DNA from: an uncultured Oscillospiraceae bacterium
Lineage (GTDB): Bacteria; Bacillota; Clostridia; Oscillospirales; Oscillospiraceae
Assembly: GCA_910577415.1 (NCBI GenBank)
Contig: CAJTLK010000001.1
Coordinates: forward strand, 1-56,979
Reading direction: 5' to 3'
Length of the DNA stretch: 56,979 nucleotides
The first letter of the stretch is position 1, and each line of letters starts with the position of its first letter. The notes below the pieces were generated by a model. The model did no database searches. It was given only the letters and a program-made list of their open reading frames with translations, and was not told the DNA's origin. The position numbers were made by a program, and so were the translations under genes. This document shows positions 29,738 through 39,008 of this stretch, in pieces.

Positions 29738-30808
29738 ATGAAGAAAAAGCTCTCTTTGCTGCTGGCGTTGACGCTGGTCCTTGGCGGATGCAGCAGTCAG
29801 AAAGCGCCCGTCAGCCAGCCTCCCGCCCCGTCCGGCGACCCGGCGGTGCAGGCGTCTACCCCCGCGGCCCAGGAGCCGGTGGACCTGGTCTTTGCCACCA
29901 TGGATGTGGGTACCGCCATCTATACCTACTCCTCGGCCATCGCCAACCTGCTGTCCGACTATCTGCCCGCGGGCTCTACCGTTGACCTGCCCACCACCTC
30001 CCCCGGCGGCCTGGGCGCGGCCTATCTGACGGCTGACGGCAAGAGCGACCTTATCATCCTTAACGACGTAGGAGCCCTGGAGTCTCTGCGCAGCGGCGTG
30101 CTGGGCCAGCCCGCCATTGGAGAGGGCAAGGTCTGCGGCCTGGTGGGCAGCCTGGATATGCCCCACGTAGACGTGCTGGTGCGCAACGACTTTATCAGCA
30201 AGACCGGCTGCGAGTCCATGGAGGACCTGGTGGCGAAGAAGATCCCCGCCGACTTTGTCATCAAGCAGGCGGGCACCATGGGCGAGCTGGCCTTTGTCCA
30301 GCTGGTGGACGCCCTGGGCACCACCGAGGAGGAGATGCTGGGCTGGGGCTGCACCATTACCCGCACCAGCACCGGCAATATCAAGACCGCCATGCAGGAC
30401 GGCACAGCAGACATCACTGTGGACCATCCCCCCGATAACCAGGCCAATACCGTTGAGCTGACCATGAACACCCCCTGCACCCTCTGGCCGCTGTCCGAGA
30501 ACGTGAGAGACTATATGGAGGGCAAGGGCTGGACCAAGACCGTCTGGGCCGCTGGGACCTCCGGCTTTACCGGCCACGACAAGGATATTGAGACCGTCAG
30601 CTCCAGCAACGTAGTGGTGTGCAGGGCCGACCTGGATGAGGAGACCGCCTACCAGATCACCAAGGCCATCTGTGAGAACAAAGAGGCCCTGGCCAACACC
30701 TCCAGCGCCCTGAAGGTCTTTGAGCCTGAGAACGCCTGGATCACCCTGAAGGACATTCTTCACCCCGGCGCCGTCCGCTACTACACCGAAATGGGTTATA
30801 TGAAATGA
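29738..30808 (+). CDS. TAXI-family TRAP solute-binding lipoprotein
   Basis: Lipobox LGGC; AYQITKAI and LHPGAVRYY TAXI motifs. Confidence 0.88.
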   Translation: MKKKLSLLLALTLVLGGCSSQKAPVSQPPAPSGDPAVQASTPAAQEPVDLVFATMDVGTAIYTYSSAIANLLSDYLPAGSTVDLPTTSPGGLGAAYLTADGKSDLIILNDVGALESLRSGVLGQPAIGEGKVCGLVGSLDMPHVDVLVRNDFISKTGCESMEDLVAKKIPADFVIKQAGTMGELAFVQLVDALGTTEEEMLGWGCTITRTSTGNIKTAMQDGTADITVDHPPDNQANTVELTMNTPCTLWPLSENVRDYMEGKGWTKTVWAAGTSGFTGHDKDIETVSSSNVVVCRADLDEETAYQITKAICENKEALANTSSALKVFEPENAWITLKDILHPGAVRYYTEMGYMK

Positions 30809-30871
30809 TCTGAAGTTAAGGGCCGCTCCCCGAGCTCCCGATCCCGGGAGCGTCGGGACGGACGCCTACGA

Positions 30872-30908
30872 TCCGGATCAGCCCCGGCATCCGCCGGGGC
30901 TGATCCGG
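30872..30908 (+). other. Strong intergenic stem-loop after the solute-binding gene
   Basis: CCGGATCAGCCCCGGC-ATCC-GCCGGGGCTGATCCGG; no U-tract, probably mRNA-stabilising. Confidence 0.6.
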
Positions 30909-30930
30909 GCATATGGAAAGTGAGGCTCTT

Positions 30931-33021
30931 ATGAAATTAAAATCCACGGACATCCGAAAATACGCCACCATTGCCATTGCGGCGGCATGGCTCCTCTTTC
31001 AGAGCTATATCGCCCTTGTCAAGCCCTTCCACCCTACCCTTCAAGTACCCATCCACCTGATATTCGCCCTGGCTATCGTCTATCTTTATAACCCCATCTA
31101 CAAAAAGAGGGAAAGCCTGAAAAAGGTCGCCTGGCTGGATCTTATCGCCTTTGCCGGTATCGCGTTTCTGGCCTACTATTACATTCACGAGACCCTGCGG
31201 CTGCAAAACCGCATCCCCTATTTTTCTCCCCTCGCCACCATTGACGTCGTGGCCTTCTTTGTTTTGACGATTCTGTTGTTGGAGGCGGTGCGCCGCACCC
31301 TGGGATGGAATCTGCTGATATTTATCGGCGTTTTCCTGCTCTATGCCTGGTTGGGGCAGTATCTTCCCCGGGGCAGCGGGCTGCGCTCCACCGGTACCGA
31401 TCCCATGGAGTTTGTGGAGCTGATCTCCATGAGTTCCGGCGGTATCCTGGGCACCCCTCTGACGACTTCCGCCACATATTTGTTCTACTTCATTATTTTC
31501 GGCTCCCTCTTTTCCGCCTGCGGCGGCGGACAGCTGCTGATCGACATTGGCCTGAAGGTGGGAAAAGGCACCGGCGGCCCCGCCAAGGCGGCGGTGGTCA
31601 GCTCGGGACTGCTGGGGATGGTCAGCGGCGCGGCGGTGGCCAACGTGTCCACCACCGGCGTTATGACGATCCCCATGATGAAGAAGGTGGGCTATACGCC
31701 TGAGCAAGCCGGCGCCATTGAGGCGGTAGCCTCCACCGGGGGACAGATCATGCCTCCCATTATGGGCATCGGCGCGTTCATCATGGCGGAAATGCTGGGC
31801 GTATCCTACGGTACGGTAGCCACCGCTGCCATCATTCCTGCCGTGGCCTACTACTTTGCTATTTTCCTGGTGGTGGACTTCATTGCCCGGAAAAACTCCG
31901 CCGGTGTAGTCTCCGGCGGCTTCAACACCCAGCCCATTTTCCGGCGGCTCTATCTGCTGGTCCCGGCGGTGATCTTAGTCTACTTTATCGTCACCGGGGC
32001 CTCTCTGATGCGCTCCGCAGTGTGGGCCATCGCCGCCATTTTGATCATCAATGTACTCAACCCCAAACGGGCCAGCCTGAAGGAGCTGGGCCACAGCCTG
32101 ATGGTAGGCTGCAAGCAGGCGGCAGGCATTGCCATTCCCACTGCCGCGGTAGGTATCATCATCGGCATCGTCATCCAGTCGGGACTGGCTACCAAGCTGT
32201 CTACTCTGATGATCCGCTTGGGCGGAGACCGGCTGATCTTAGCCCTGCTGCTGACCATGGTGGGATGTATGCTGCTGGGTATGGCCCTGCCCACCGTGGC
32301 CGCCTATATGATCGCCAACATCCTTTTTGTTCCCACACTGACCAAGCTGGGGGTAGCCAGCCTGCCCGCCAATATGTTCGTGTTTTATTTTGGCATTTTT
32401 GCCCAGATCACTCCGCCGGTATGCCTGGCCTCCTTCACTGCCGCCGGGATCGCGGGGGGCGACTCCTGGAAGACCGGCTGGGCCGGCTTCCGCTACTCTA
32501 TCGTGGCCTTCCTCACCGCCTTCGCCTTTGTCTATGAGCCGTCCCTTCTGCTTATGGGTACCCCTGCCCAGATCGTCCAGTCCGCGGCGGTGCTCTTTAT
32601 CGGCACCTTCTTCCTGGCTGCGGGTATCGAGGGCTATGTGGGCAGGCCGGTGGAGGCCCTGCCCCTGCGGATTGCCCTGACGGCTGCGGGCATTCTCATT
32701 ATCACCCCGGAGAGCATTTCCAGCGCCATCGGCTACGCCCTGGGAATCTCCGTCATCCTCCTTGTCAACCTCCGGGGACTCAAAAGCTGTGAAGACAGCG
32801 GAAAGAGAAAGGCCGTCACCCTGCGTCTGGCCCTGCTGGCCGTGGCCGGAGGGCTGGTCATTGTGCCGGAAAACATCACCACCTTTATCGGCTTGGCCGT
32901 TCTGGCCGCCGCCATTCTCCAAGCCTTCCTTGTCGGGCGTAAGAATAAGCCGGTGGACGCCGTGGTGGTGGAGGCCGCCGAGGTGATGCAGGTGGACCTG
33001 GTGGATGTGGAGGAGGATTGA
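30931..33021 (+). CDS. TRAP transporter fused 4TM/12TM permease
   Basis: GGPAKAAV, TIPMMK, EAVASTGGQIMPPIMG, LGMALPT, ITPPVC; alternative start at 30913. Confidence 0.93.
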   Translation: MKLKSTDIRKYATIAIAAAWLLFQSYIALVKPFHPTLQVPIHLIFALAIVYLYNPIYKKRESLKKVAWLDLIAFAGIAFLAYYYIHETLRLQNRIPYFSPLATIDVVAFFVLTILLLEAVRRTLGWNLLIFIGVFLLYAWLGQYLPRGSGLRSTGTDPMEFVELISMSSGGILGTPLTTSATYLFYFIIFGSLFSACGGGQLLIDIGLKVGKGTGGPAKAAVVSSGLLGMVSGAAVANVSTTGVMTIPMMKKVGYTPEQAGAIEAVASTGGQIMPPIMGIGAFIMAEMLGVSYGTVATAAIIPAVAYYFAIFLVVDFIARKNSAGVVSGGFNTQPIFRRLYLLVPAVILVYFIVTGASLMRSAVWAIAAILIINVLNPKRASLKELGHSLMVGCKQAAGIAIPTAAVGIIIGIVIQSGLATKLSTLMIRLGGDRLILALLLTMVGCMLLGMALPTVAAYMIANILFVPTLTKLGVASLPANMFVFYFGIFAQITPPVCLASFTAAGIAGGDSWKTGWAGFRYSIVAFLTAFAFVYEPSLLLMGTPAQIVQSAAVLFIGTFFLAAGIEGYVGRPVEALPLRIALTAAGILIITPESISSAIGYALGISVILLVNLRGLKSCEDSGKRKAVTLRLALLAVAGGLVIVPENITTFIGLAVLAAAILQAFLVGRKNKPVDAVVVEAAEVMQVDLVDVEED

Positions 33022-33024
33022 GCC

Positions 33025-33825
33025 ATGGCCCTTTCACAGTGGGGCGTATGCACCAATTTTCTGGGCAATGACGCCTACTCCCTTCACACGGACGCCTTTT
33101 CCGCTTTGGCGGAGCGCTTTTCCTACATCGAGCTGCCCGCCATGACCGTGGCGGAGCTTGGCAAGACGGAGTTTTCCGCGCTGACCGCCGCCGCTGCCGC
33201 TTGTTCTGCCGGGTTCCCGGTAATGACCAACTTCTTTTCCGCCCAATTTCCCCTCCTTTCTCCCGGCCTGGACCGGGGGGCGTTGACGGCCTATCTGGAA
33301 AGGCTCCTGCCCCGCTGTGAGGCCCTGGGCTGCAAGGCTCTGGTGCTGGGCAGCGGAAAGGCCCGCAGCCTTCAGAGCGGCCAGAGTCGGGAGGACGGGT
33401 ACCGCGTGCTCGCCCAGCTTTTGAACAAGACCGTTTTGCCCCTGTGCCAAAAGTACGGCGTGAGCATTATTATCGAGCCGCTCAATCCTAAGCTCACTGA
33501 CTTTATGCTGGACCTTTGGGAGGGGCGGGAGCTGGCCCGGCGCTGCGAGGGAGAGGTGAGCCTTTTGGCCGACTCCCTCCACCTGATGTCCCACCCGGAG
33601 ATCGAGCGGGAGCTGGAGGAGAACCGCCAGTGGATCACCCACGTACATCTTTCCGAGGCTGACCGCGCCGCTCCCGGCAAGCCCCTCTCGCCCCAAATGG
33701 CCCGGTTCCTCAACGCCCTGCGGGCCGTCGGCTATGAAGGCCCCGCCAGCTTTGAATGCCATATGGAAGACCCCAGCGTTATGGAGGCGGCCAGGGAGGC
33801 CGTCGCCGAGGCGCTGGGAGCATAG
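33025..33825 (+). CDS. Sugar-phosphate isomerase/epimerase (xylose isomerase-like TIM barrel)
   Basis: IIEPLN, ADSLH, HVHLSE..R and SFEC metal ligands. Confidence 0.82.
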   Translation: MALSQWGVCTNFLGNDAYSLHTDAFSALAERFSYIELPAMTVAELGKTEFSALTAAAAACSAGFPVMTNFFSAQFPLLSPGLDRGALTAYLERLLPRCEALGCKALVLGSGKARSLQSGQSREDGYRVLAQLLNKTVLPLCQKYGVSIIIEPLNPKLTDFMLDLWEGRELARRCEGEVSLLADSLHLMSHPEIERELEENRQWITHVHLSEADRAAPGKPLSPQMARFLNALRAVGYEGPASFECHMEDPSVMEAAREAVAEALGA

Positions 33826-33844
33826 ATCAAGGGAGGTAAATACC

Positions 33845-34600
33845 ATGCAAGCAAACGTCCTGAATGGGAAAGTGGCAATCGTCACCGGCGCCAGTCGGGG
33901 GATCGGCCGCCACATCGCCCTGGCCTTTGCCCGGGAGGGGGCAGACCTGGTGGTCAACGCCACCAATACTGCCCTGCTCCAGTCTCTGGCCGGGGAGATC
34001 GCCGCCCTGGGCCGGAAGTGCGTCATTGCCGTCGGCTCCGTGGCCGACTCCCAGACTGCCCAGGATATGGTCCGCGCCGCCCTGGACGCCTTTGGGAGGA
34101 TCGACATCGTGGTCAACAATGCCGGCGTCATGAACCGGAAGGGGACGCTGGAGCTTACCATTGACGAGTGGCACCGGGTGCTGGACGTAAATGCTAATGG
34201 GGTGTTTTATGTGTGTAAGGCCGTCCTGCCCGTGATGGTGGAGCAGCATGGCGGCACCATCCTCAATATCACCTCTACCGCCAGCAAGGCCGCGCACCCC
34301 AACGCCTCGCCGGCCTACGGAGCGTCCAAGGCCGCCGTCACCTACCTCACCAAGCACTTCGCCGCCGAATTCGGCAAGTACGGTATCCGGGTCAACGCCC
34401 TCCAGTGTGGGCCTATCCACTCGGAGATGACCGACCAGTGGACGCCGGAATACCGGGCCGCTCTGCTGCAAAAGATCCCGGTGGGACGGATTGGAGAGCC
34501 GGAGGACATCGCTCAGGCGGCGGTGTATATGGTCTCCGACCTGGCCTCCTTTGTGGACGGGTGCAGCCTGAATATCAGCGGCGGCAAATTTATGGAATGA
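33845..34600 (+). CDS. SDR family oxidoreductase
   Basis: TGASRGIG, NNAG, YGASK; GGAGG RBS before ATG 33845. Confidence 0.92.
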   Translation: MQANVLNGKVAIVTGASRGIGRHIALAFAREGADLVVNATNTALLQSLAGEIAALGRKCVIAVGSVADSQTAQDMVRAALDAFGRIDIVVNNAGVMNRKGTLELTIDEWHRVLDVNANGVFYVCKAVLPVMVEQHGGTILNITSTASKAAHPNASPAYGASKAAVTYLTKHFAAEFGKYGIRVNALQCGPIHSEMTDQWTPEYRAALLQKIPVGRIGEPEDIAQAAVYMVSDLASFVDGCSLNISGGKFME

Positions 34601-34610
34601 GGTGGCGGTA

Positions 34611-35768
34611 ATGGAGTATCCTATCCTGCCCGGACTCACTCCTGATGGAGTTATTTATCAAAACCCCGCCATGGACGCCCTGGAGGCCATGCTTCCCCCC
34701 GGAAGCTTTGCCACCGCCCACGCTCCCGCCCTGCTGGAGCTGCCGGACGGGGCGCTGCTGTGCGCCTGGTTTGCCGGGACCTATGAAGGCAGCGCCGACG
34801 TCAGCATCGTCTGCGCCCGCCTGGAGAAGGGCGCGGAGCGGTGGAGCGAGCCTGTCCAGGTCTCCAGCGATCCCCGCCGCAGCGAGCAGAACCCCTCCCT
34901 GTTCCTGGCCCCCGATGGGGAGGTCTGGGCCATGTATACCGCCCAGCTGGACCGGGTGGAGGGAAAGGACAATATGCAGTTTACCTCCGTAGTCCGGCGC
35001 CAGCGCAGCCGGGACGGAGGCAGGACGTGGACTGAGCCGGAGGTGGTCTTCCCCAGGGAGGGCACCTTCTGCCGCCAGAGCATCCAGGTCCTTTCCAACG
35101 GGCGGTGGATATTTGCCAACTGGCTGTGTACCGACAGCGCCGAGGGCCTCTCCGGCGACCCCACCGTTTTCCAGCTTTCCGACGACCAGGGAAAGACCTG
35201 GCAGCAGGTGGAGATGCCCAGCAGCAGCGGACGGGTCCACGCCAATGTGGTGGAGCTGGGCCAGGGGCGGCTGGTGGCCTTTATGCGGAGCCGGGAGGCC
35301 GACTTCATCTACCGCAGCGAGTCCCCGGACTATGGCGAGCACTGGTCGGAGCCTGTGCCCACCTGTCTGCCCAACAACAACTCCAGCATCAGCGCCCTGC
35401 GGCTCCAAAGCGGGCGGATCGCCATCGCCTACAACCCCACCCGCGCCCCCGAATACACCCCAGGCAAGGCCGCGTGGCCGGGACTTCGCTGCCCGGTGGC
35501 GGTGGCCCTTTCGGAGGACGGCGGCCTCACCTGGCCCCTGATCCGCCATATGGAGTTGGGGGAGGGCTTTGTGGGGGCGGAAAATTCCACCAACAACCGG
35601 CAGTATGAATATCCCTGCCTCATTCAGGGGGCCGATGGGACGCTTCATCTGGCCTTTGCCTACCAGACCCGCCGGGGGGTCAAATGGATGTCCTTCCGGG
35701 AGGAGACGGTCATGGGCGCCAGACGGGAGCGCTCCGGGGTCTACAATCCCACCGCCGCCAGGACATAG
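34611..35768 (+). CDS. Cytoplasmic BNR/Asp-box sialidase-like hydrolase
   Basis: Asp boxes SRDGGRTW, SDDQGKTW, SPDYGEHW and SEDGGLTW; YEYP; no signal peptide. Confidence 0.85.
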   Translation: MEYPILPGLTPDGVIYQNPAMDALEAMLPPGSFATAHAPALLELPDGALLCAWFAGTYEGSADVSIVCARLEKGAERWSEPVQVSSDPRRSEQNPSLFLAPDGEVWAMYTAQLDRVEGKDNMQFTSVVRRQRSRDGGRTWTEPEVVFPREGTFCRQSIQVLSNGRWIFANWLCTDSAEGLSGDPTVFQLSDDQGKTWQQVEMPSSSGRVHANVVELGQGRLVAFMRSREADFIYRSESPDYGEHWSEPVPTCLPNNNSSISALRLQSGRIAIAYNPTRAPEYTPGKAAWPGLRCPVAVALSEDGGLTWPLIRHMELGEGFVGAENSTNNRQYEYPCLIQGADGTLHLAFAYQTRRGVKWMSFREETVMGARRERSGVYNPTAART

Positions 35769-35833
35769 GTTCCCGCTGTCGGGAAAATGAAAGCGGGCTT
35801 GCCTCCGGGGAGGCCGCCCGCCGGAAAAATAAC

Positions 35834-35874
35834 GCAAAAACAGCCGCCGGGCCATGCCCCGGCGGCTGTTTTGC
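35834..35874. terminator. Bidirectional intrinsic terminator
   Basis: AAAACAGCCGCCGGG-N6-CCCGGCGGCTGTTTT between convergent genes. Confidence 0.85.
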
Positions 35875-35889
35875 TGTGGCCCAAAGGGC

Positions 35890-36735
35890 CTATTCCGGCT
35901 TTTTCAAAATGTGGGTGTGGACAAAGCGCTTCATGCAGTATTCATACTCCGCGTTGACAAAACCGGCATAGAGAATGTCCACCACATTGAGCTGGGCGAT
36001 GCGGGAGGAGAGGGCGCCGATGCGAAAAGTAAATTCGTTGGTGGCAGTATGGAGAAGGTAATTGGCCAGCTTGGCAATAGGGGATGGCGCCGCCCTGGTC
36101 ACAGCCACAATGGGGGTCCCGTTTTCCTTCAGCGCTTTCATACACGTAATGACCTCTTCAGTCTGCCCTGAGTAAGAGAACACAATGGCAACATCATCTT
36201 TGGTGGCATTTCGGGCCTGAAGGAGTTGAGAGTGCCAGTCGTCGTTAAGGATGCAGGCCTTGTCCACCCGCAGGAACTTCAAATAGGCATCCCGCGCTAC
36301 ACAAAGGGATGCCCCCAGACCAAAAAGGAGTACGTTTCTGGCTTGCCGCAGCAGTTCCACACACTGAGCCACGGTTGCTTCATCCAACAGGTAGCGGCTA
36401 TCCTCCAGGCACTGGATATTCCGGCGGGTAATGCTGGAGATGAGTTCGGGGATGGTTGCGGTTCCGTCCAACTCCGTCTCCTTGTGGGAGCCGCTTTCTC
36501 CCAGTGTATGGACGTCCAGCAGCAGCTCTTGACGAAAATCTTTATATCCGCCCAGGCCAATATATCGGCACAGCCGTACCACGCTGGAGGGGGAGGAGTA
36601 GGTCTTTTCCGCCAGTTCCCGAATGCTCATCCGTGAACATTCCTCCGGGTGGGCACAGACGTATTGGGCAATTGCCTTTTCGGCTGTGCTCATCTGGTCC
36701 ATGCTCTCACGCAAAAGAAGTAAGACATTTTTCAT
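35890..36735 (-). CDS. MurR/RpiR-family regulator (HTH plus SIS)
   Basis: MSIRELAEKTYSSPSSVVRLCR, FGLGAS, FSYSGQT, SSRIAQL. Confidence 0.93.
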   Translation of the reverse strand: MKNVLLLLRESMDQMSTAEKAIAQYVCAHPEECSRMSIRELAEKTYSSPSSVVRLCRYIGLGGYKDFRQELLLDVHTLGESGSHKETELDGTATIPELISSITRRNIQCLEDSRYLLDEATVAQCVELLRQARNVLLFGLGASLCVARDAYLKFLRVDKACILNDDWHSQLLQARNATKDDVAIVFSYSGQTEEVITCMKALKENGTPIVAVTRAAPSPIAKLANYLLHTATNEFTFRIGALSSRIAQLNVVDILYAGFVNAEYEYCMKRFVHTHILKKPE

Positions 36736-36825
36736 AATCACGCCTCCTCTTTGTACCGCAATATTGTGTAGTTTATCCAAAAATGCTTTTGGCGTAAAAT
36801 ATTGTACCACACTTTTTATGATTTG

Positions 36826-36853
36826 TTGACAAAATTTTTCGTTTTAGTATGAT
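36826..36853 (+). promoter_or_regulatory. SigA promoter of the mupG operon
   Basis: TTGACA-16 bp-TATGAT. Confidence 0.6.
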
Positions 36854-36933
36854 AGCTTTGAATGACAGGGGTAAGCAAAGCCCAGTCCTCTGTAACGCAA
36901 GTTACCCCAAAAGAGCAAAAAGGAGAAGAAGTT

Positions 36934-37062
36934 ATGACCATTGAGCAGCTGAAAAGCCGGAGCCTGGAAAATATATGCACCAAGGGCAATGTATTCGTCG
37001 CCGCAAACCGCGCGACCCGTCTTCCCGCCAACGTGAAGAATGACGAGGTGGCCAATGTCTGA
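36934..37062 (+). pseudogene. Internally deleted PTS EIIBC remnant (42 aa)
   Basis: AAGGAG RBS; KGNVFVAANRATRL resembles EIIB KENIVDAENCMTRL of the 47274 gene; tail NVKNDEVANV resembles its C-terminus AISDDDVRAA. Confidence 0.65.
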
Positions 37063-38101
37063 GCCGTTGGGGTTGTCGGTGTATCTTTCCACCTTTGAGC
37101 AGCAGCGTGCCACCCTGAAAAAGCTCCGGGGTGAGGCTGTTCCTATTTTCCTCTCTCTGCACATCTCAGAAGAATTTGGGGAAGGGTATTGTCAAAAGGC
37201 GGAAATGACCTGCCGTTGGCTGACAGAAAACGGATTTCGTATCATTGCCGATGTGTCCCCAAAGGCAGCGGCCTGCTTTGGACAGGATGTGTCCCAGTTG
37301 GCCGATCACCTGGGCGTTTGGGCTTTGCGGCTGGATTACGGCTTCTCCACGGAGAAGATCTGCCGTCTTGCCAAAAAGCTCCCGTTGGTGCTCAATGCGT
37401 CCACCGTTTCCGACGAGGTAGTTTGTCAGGTGCTTCGATGCGATCAGCATGTGATGGCGATGCACAACTTTTATCCCCGGCCTGAAACGGGACTGGATCG
37501 GGGGTACCTGGTGTCACGGACAAAGGCGCTCCAGGCGCTTGGCCTGCGGGTACTGGGTTTTGTGCCGGGAGATACGGCCTTTCGGGGTCCGCTACACCTT
37601 GGCCTTCCTACATTGGAGGAGCACCGGGGCCTTCCCCCGTCGGTGGGGTATGCCGACCTAATGATCCGCTGCGGGATGGACGGCGTGTTTGCCGCCGACC
37701 CTGGCGTTTCCCAGGCGGAGATCGAGCGGATCAGCCGATATCGTCGTGAGGGCGTGTGGGAGCTGCCCGCAAGGCTGCTCCCAGAGTGCGGCGCTCTCTA
37801 TGGACAGGTCTTTACCAGCCGCTCGGATTCGCCTGACAGGCTGATACGCTTCGCTGAGTCGCGGGAGTACTCCTGCTTTGGCAGCGGTGTCGCTCCCCTG
37901 CCGCCCGCGCCACGAAAACGGGGAGCGGTCACAATGGATAATAGCAGCTATGGCCGATATTCCGGGGAAATTCAGCTGATCAGGAGCGATCTGCCCCCGG
38001 ATCCGCGGGTAAATGTCATCGGCCATTTGGCTCCGGGCTATGAACTGCTGGCCGATTGTATCTTGCCTGGCGGAAAGTTTGCGCTGGTGGGGCAGGGATA
38101 G
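37055..38101 (+). CDS. mupG: MupG family (DUF871) 6-phospho-N-acetylmuramidase-like protein
   Basis: LGLSVY, FLSLHISE, LRLDYG, LNAST, HNFYPRPETGL, RGPLHLGLPTLEEHR, YGRYSGEIQ. Confidence 0.9.
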   Translation: MSEPLGLSVYLSTFEQQRATLKKLRGEAVPIFLSLHISEEFGEGYCQKAEMTCRWLTENGFRIIADVSPKAAACFGQDVSQLADHLGVWALRLDYGFSTEKICRLAKKLPLVLNASTVSDEVVCQVLRCDQHVMAMHNFYPRPETGLDRGYLVSRTKALQALGLRVLGFVPGDTAFRGPLHLGLPTLEEHRGLPPSVGYADLMIRCGMDGVFAADPGVSQAEIERISRYRREGVWELPARLLPECGALYGQVFTSRSDSPDRLIRFAESREYSCFGSGVAPLPPAPRKRGAVTMDNSSYGRYSGEIQLIRSDLPPDPRVNVIGHLAPGYELLADCILPGGKFALVGQG

Positions 38102-38114
38102 GGGGGGCTTTGCT

Positions 38115-38951
38115 GTGAGGATATCTCTTATTGCCATGGATCTGGACGGTACTACGCTTCAGGCAGACCGGAAACACTTTTCGCCCCGGCTCCAGGCCGC
38201 GCTTGCTCAGGCACATGAACGGGGGATAGCAGTCGTGCCTGTGACCGGGCGACAATATGAGCTTCTCCCGGAAGCGGTCCAAACTGGCGCGGCCTGGGAA
38301 AACCTGTGCGTGCTGTGCAACGGAGGCCAGGTTCGCCGGCTTGCTACGGGAGAACTCCTGGAGAGCCGGCCCCTCCCTTCCCGCGCGCTGCTGTCACTCG
38401 TTGATATGGCGGAAGAGCTTCAGCTTCCCTTAGAGTTTTCCATCCGGGGAAGGCTGTACCTCACCGCTGCCGATTGGGAACGGGAGAGGCAATGGCCCAA
38501 AGGGGATCTGGCCTTTCACCTGGATCAGATCCTGTCCAGGCAAGGCCATGCGATCCTGGATCTGCGGATGTTATGCGGGGAGGAGATCGAGAAGGTAAAT
38601 TTACTTTGTATCCCCGCGGAAAAGAAGGGGGAGGTAGAACGCAGGCTGGCAGACCTTCCCGTATCCGGCGCCTGGTCGGGGGCCAACAACATGGAACTGT
38701 CACACCCGCTGGCGACAAAGGCCAATGGATTGCGCTCGGTGTGCCAACGCCTTGGCATACCGATGGAAGAAACCATGGCGATGGGGGATAGCGGCAATGA
38801 CATCACCATGCTTCAGGCCGCAGGGCTGGGAGTGGCGGTGGCAAATGCCCCGCCGGAGGTGCAACAGGCGGCTGACGCGGTCACAGGGGCCAATGAGGAA
38901 GACGGCGCGGCATTGGCCATTGAACGATTTGTACTTTCCGGCGCGGAATAA
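38115..38951 (+). CDS. Cof-type HAD phosphatase
   Basis: DLDGT, VTGR, NGG, K, GDSGNDITML, GVAVANA. Confidence 0.9.
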   Translation: MRISLIAMDLDGTTLQADRKHFSPRLQAALAQAHERGIAVVPVTGRQYELLPEAVQTGAAWENLCVLCNGGQVRRLATGELLESRPLPSRALLSLVDMAEELQLPLEFSIRGRLYLTAADWERERQWPKGDLAFHLDQILSRQGHAILDLRMLCGEEIEKVNLLCIPAEKKGEVERRLADLPVSGAWSGANNMELSHPLATKANGLRSVCQRLGIPMEETMAMGDSGNDITMLQAAGLGVAVANAPPEVQQAADAVTGANEEDGAALAIERFVLSGAE

Positions 38952-39008
38952 AATAAAAGAGACAACACGCTGCCCTGTATGGTCACATTTTATTGAGGGG
39001 ATGAAAAT

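Noticed and set aside
34611..35768. Secreted host-glycan sialidase
   Set aside because: No signal peptide and no FRIP motif; only the Asp-box fold is supported.
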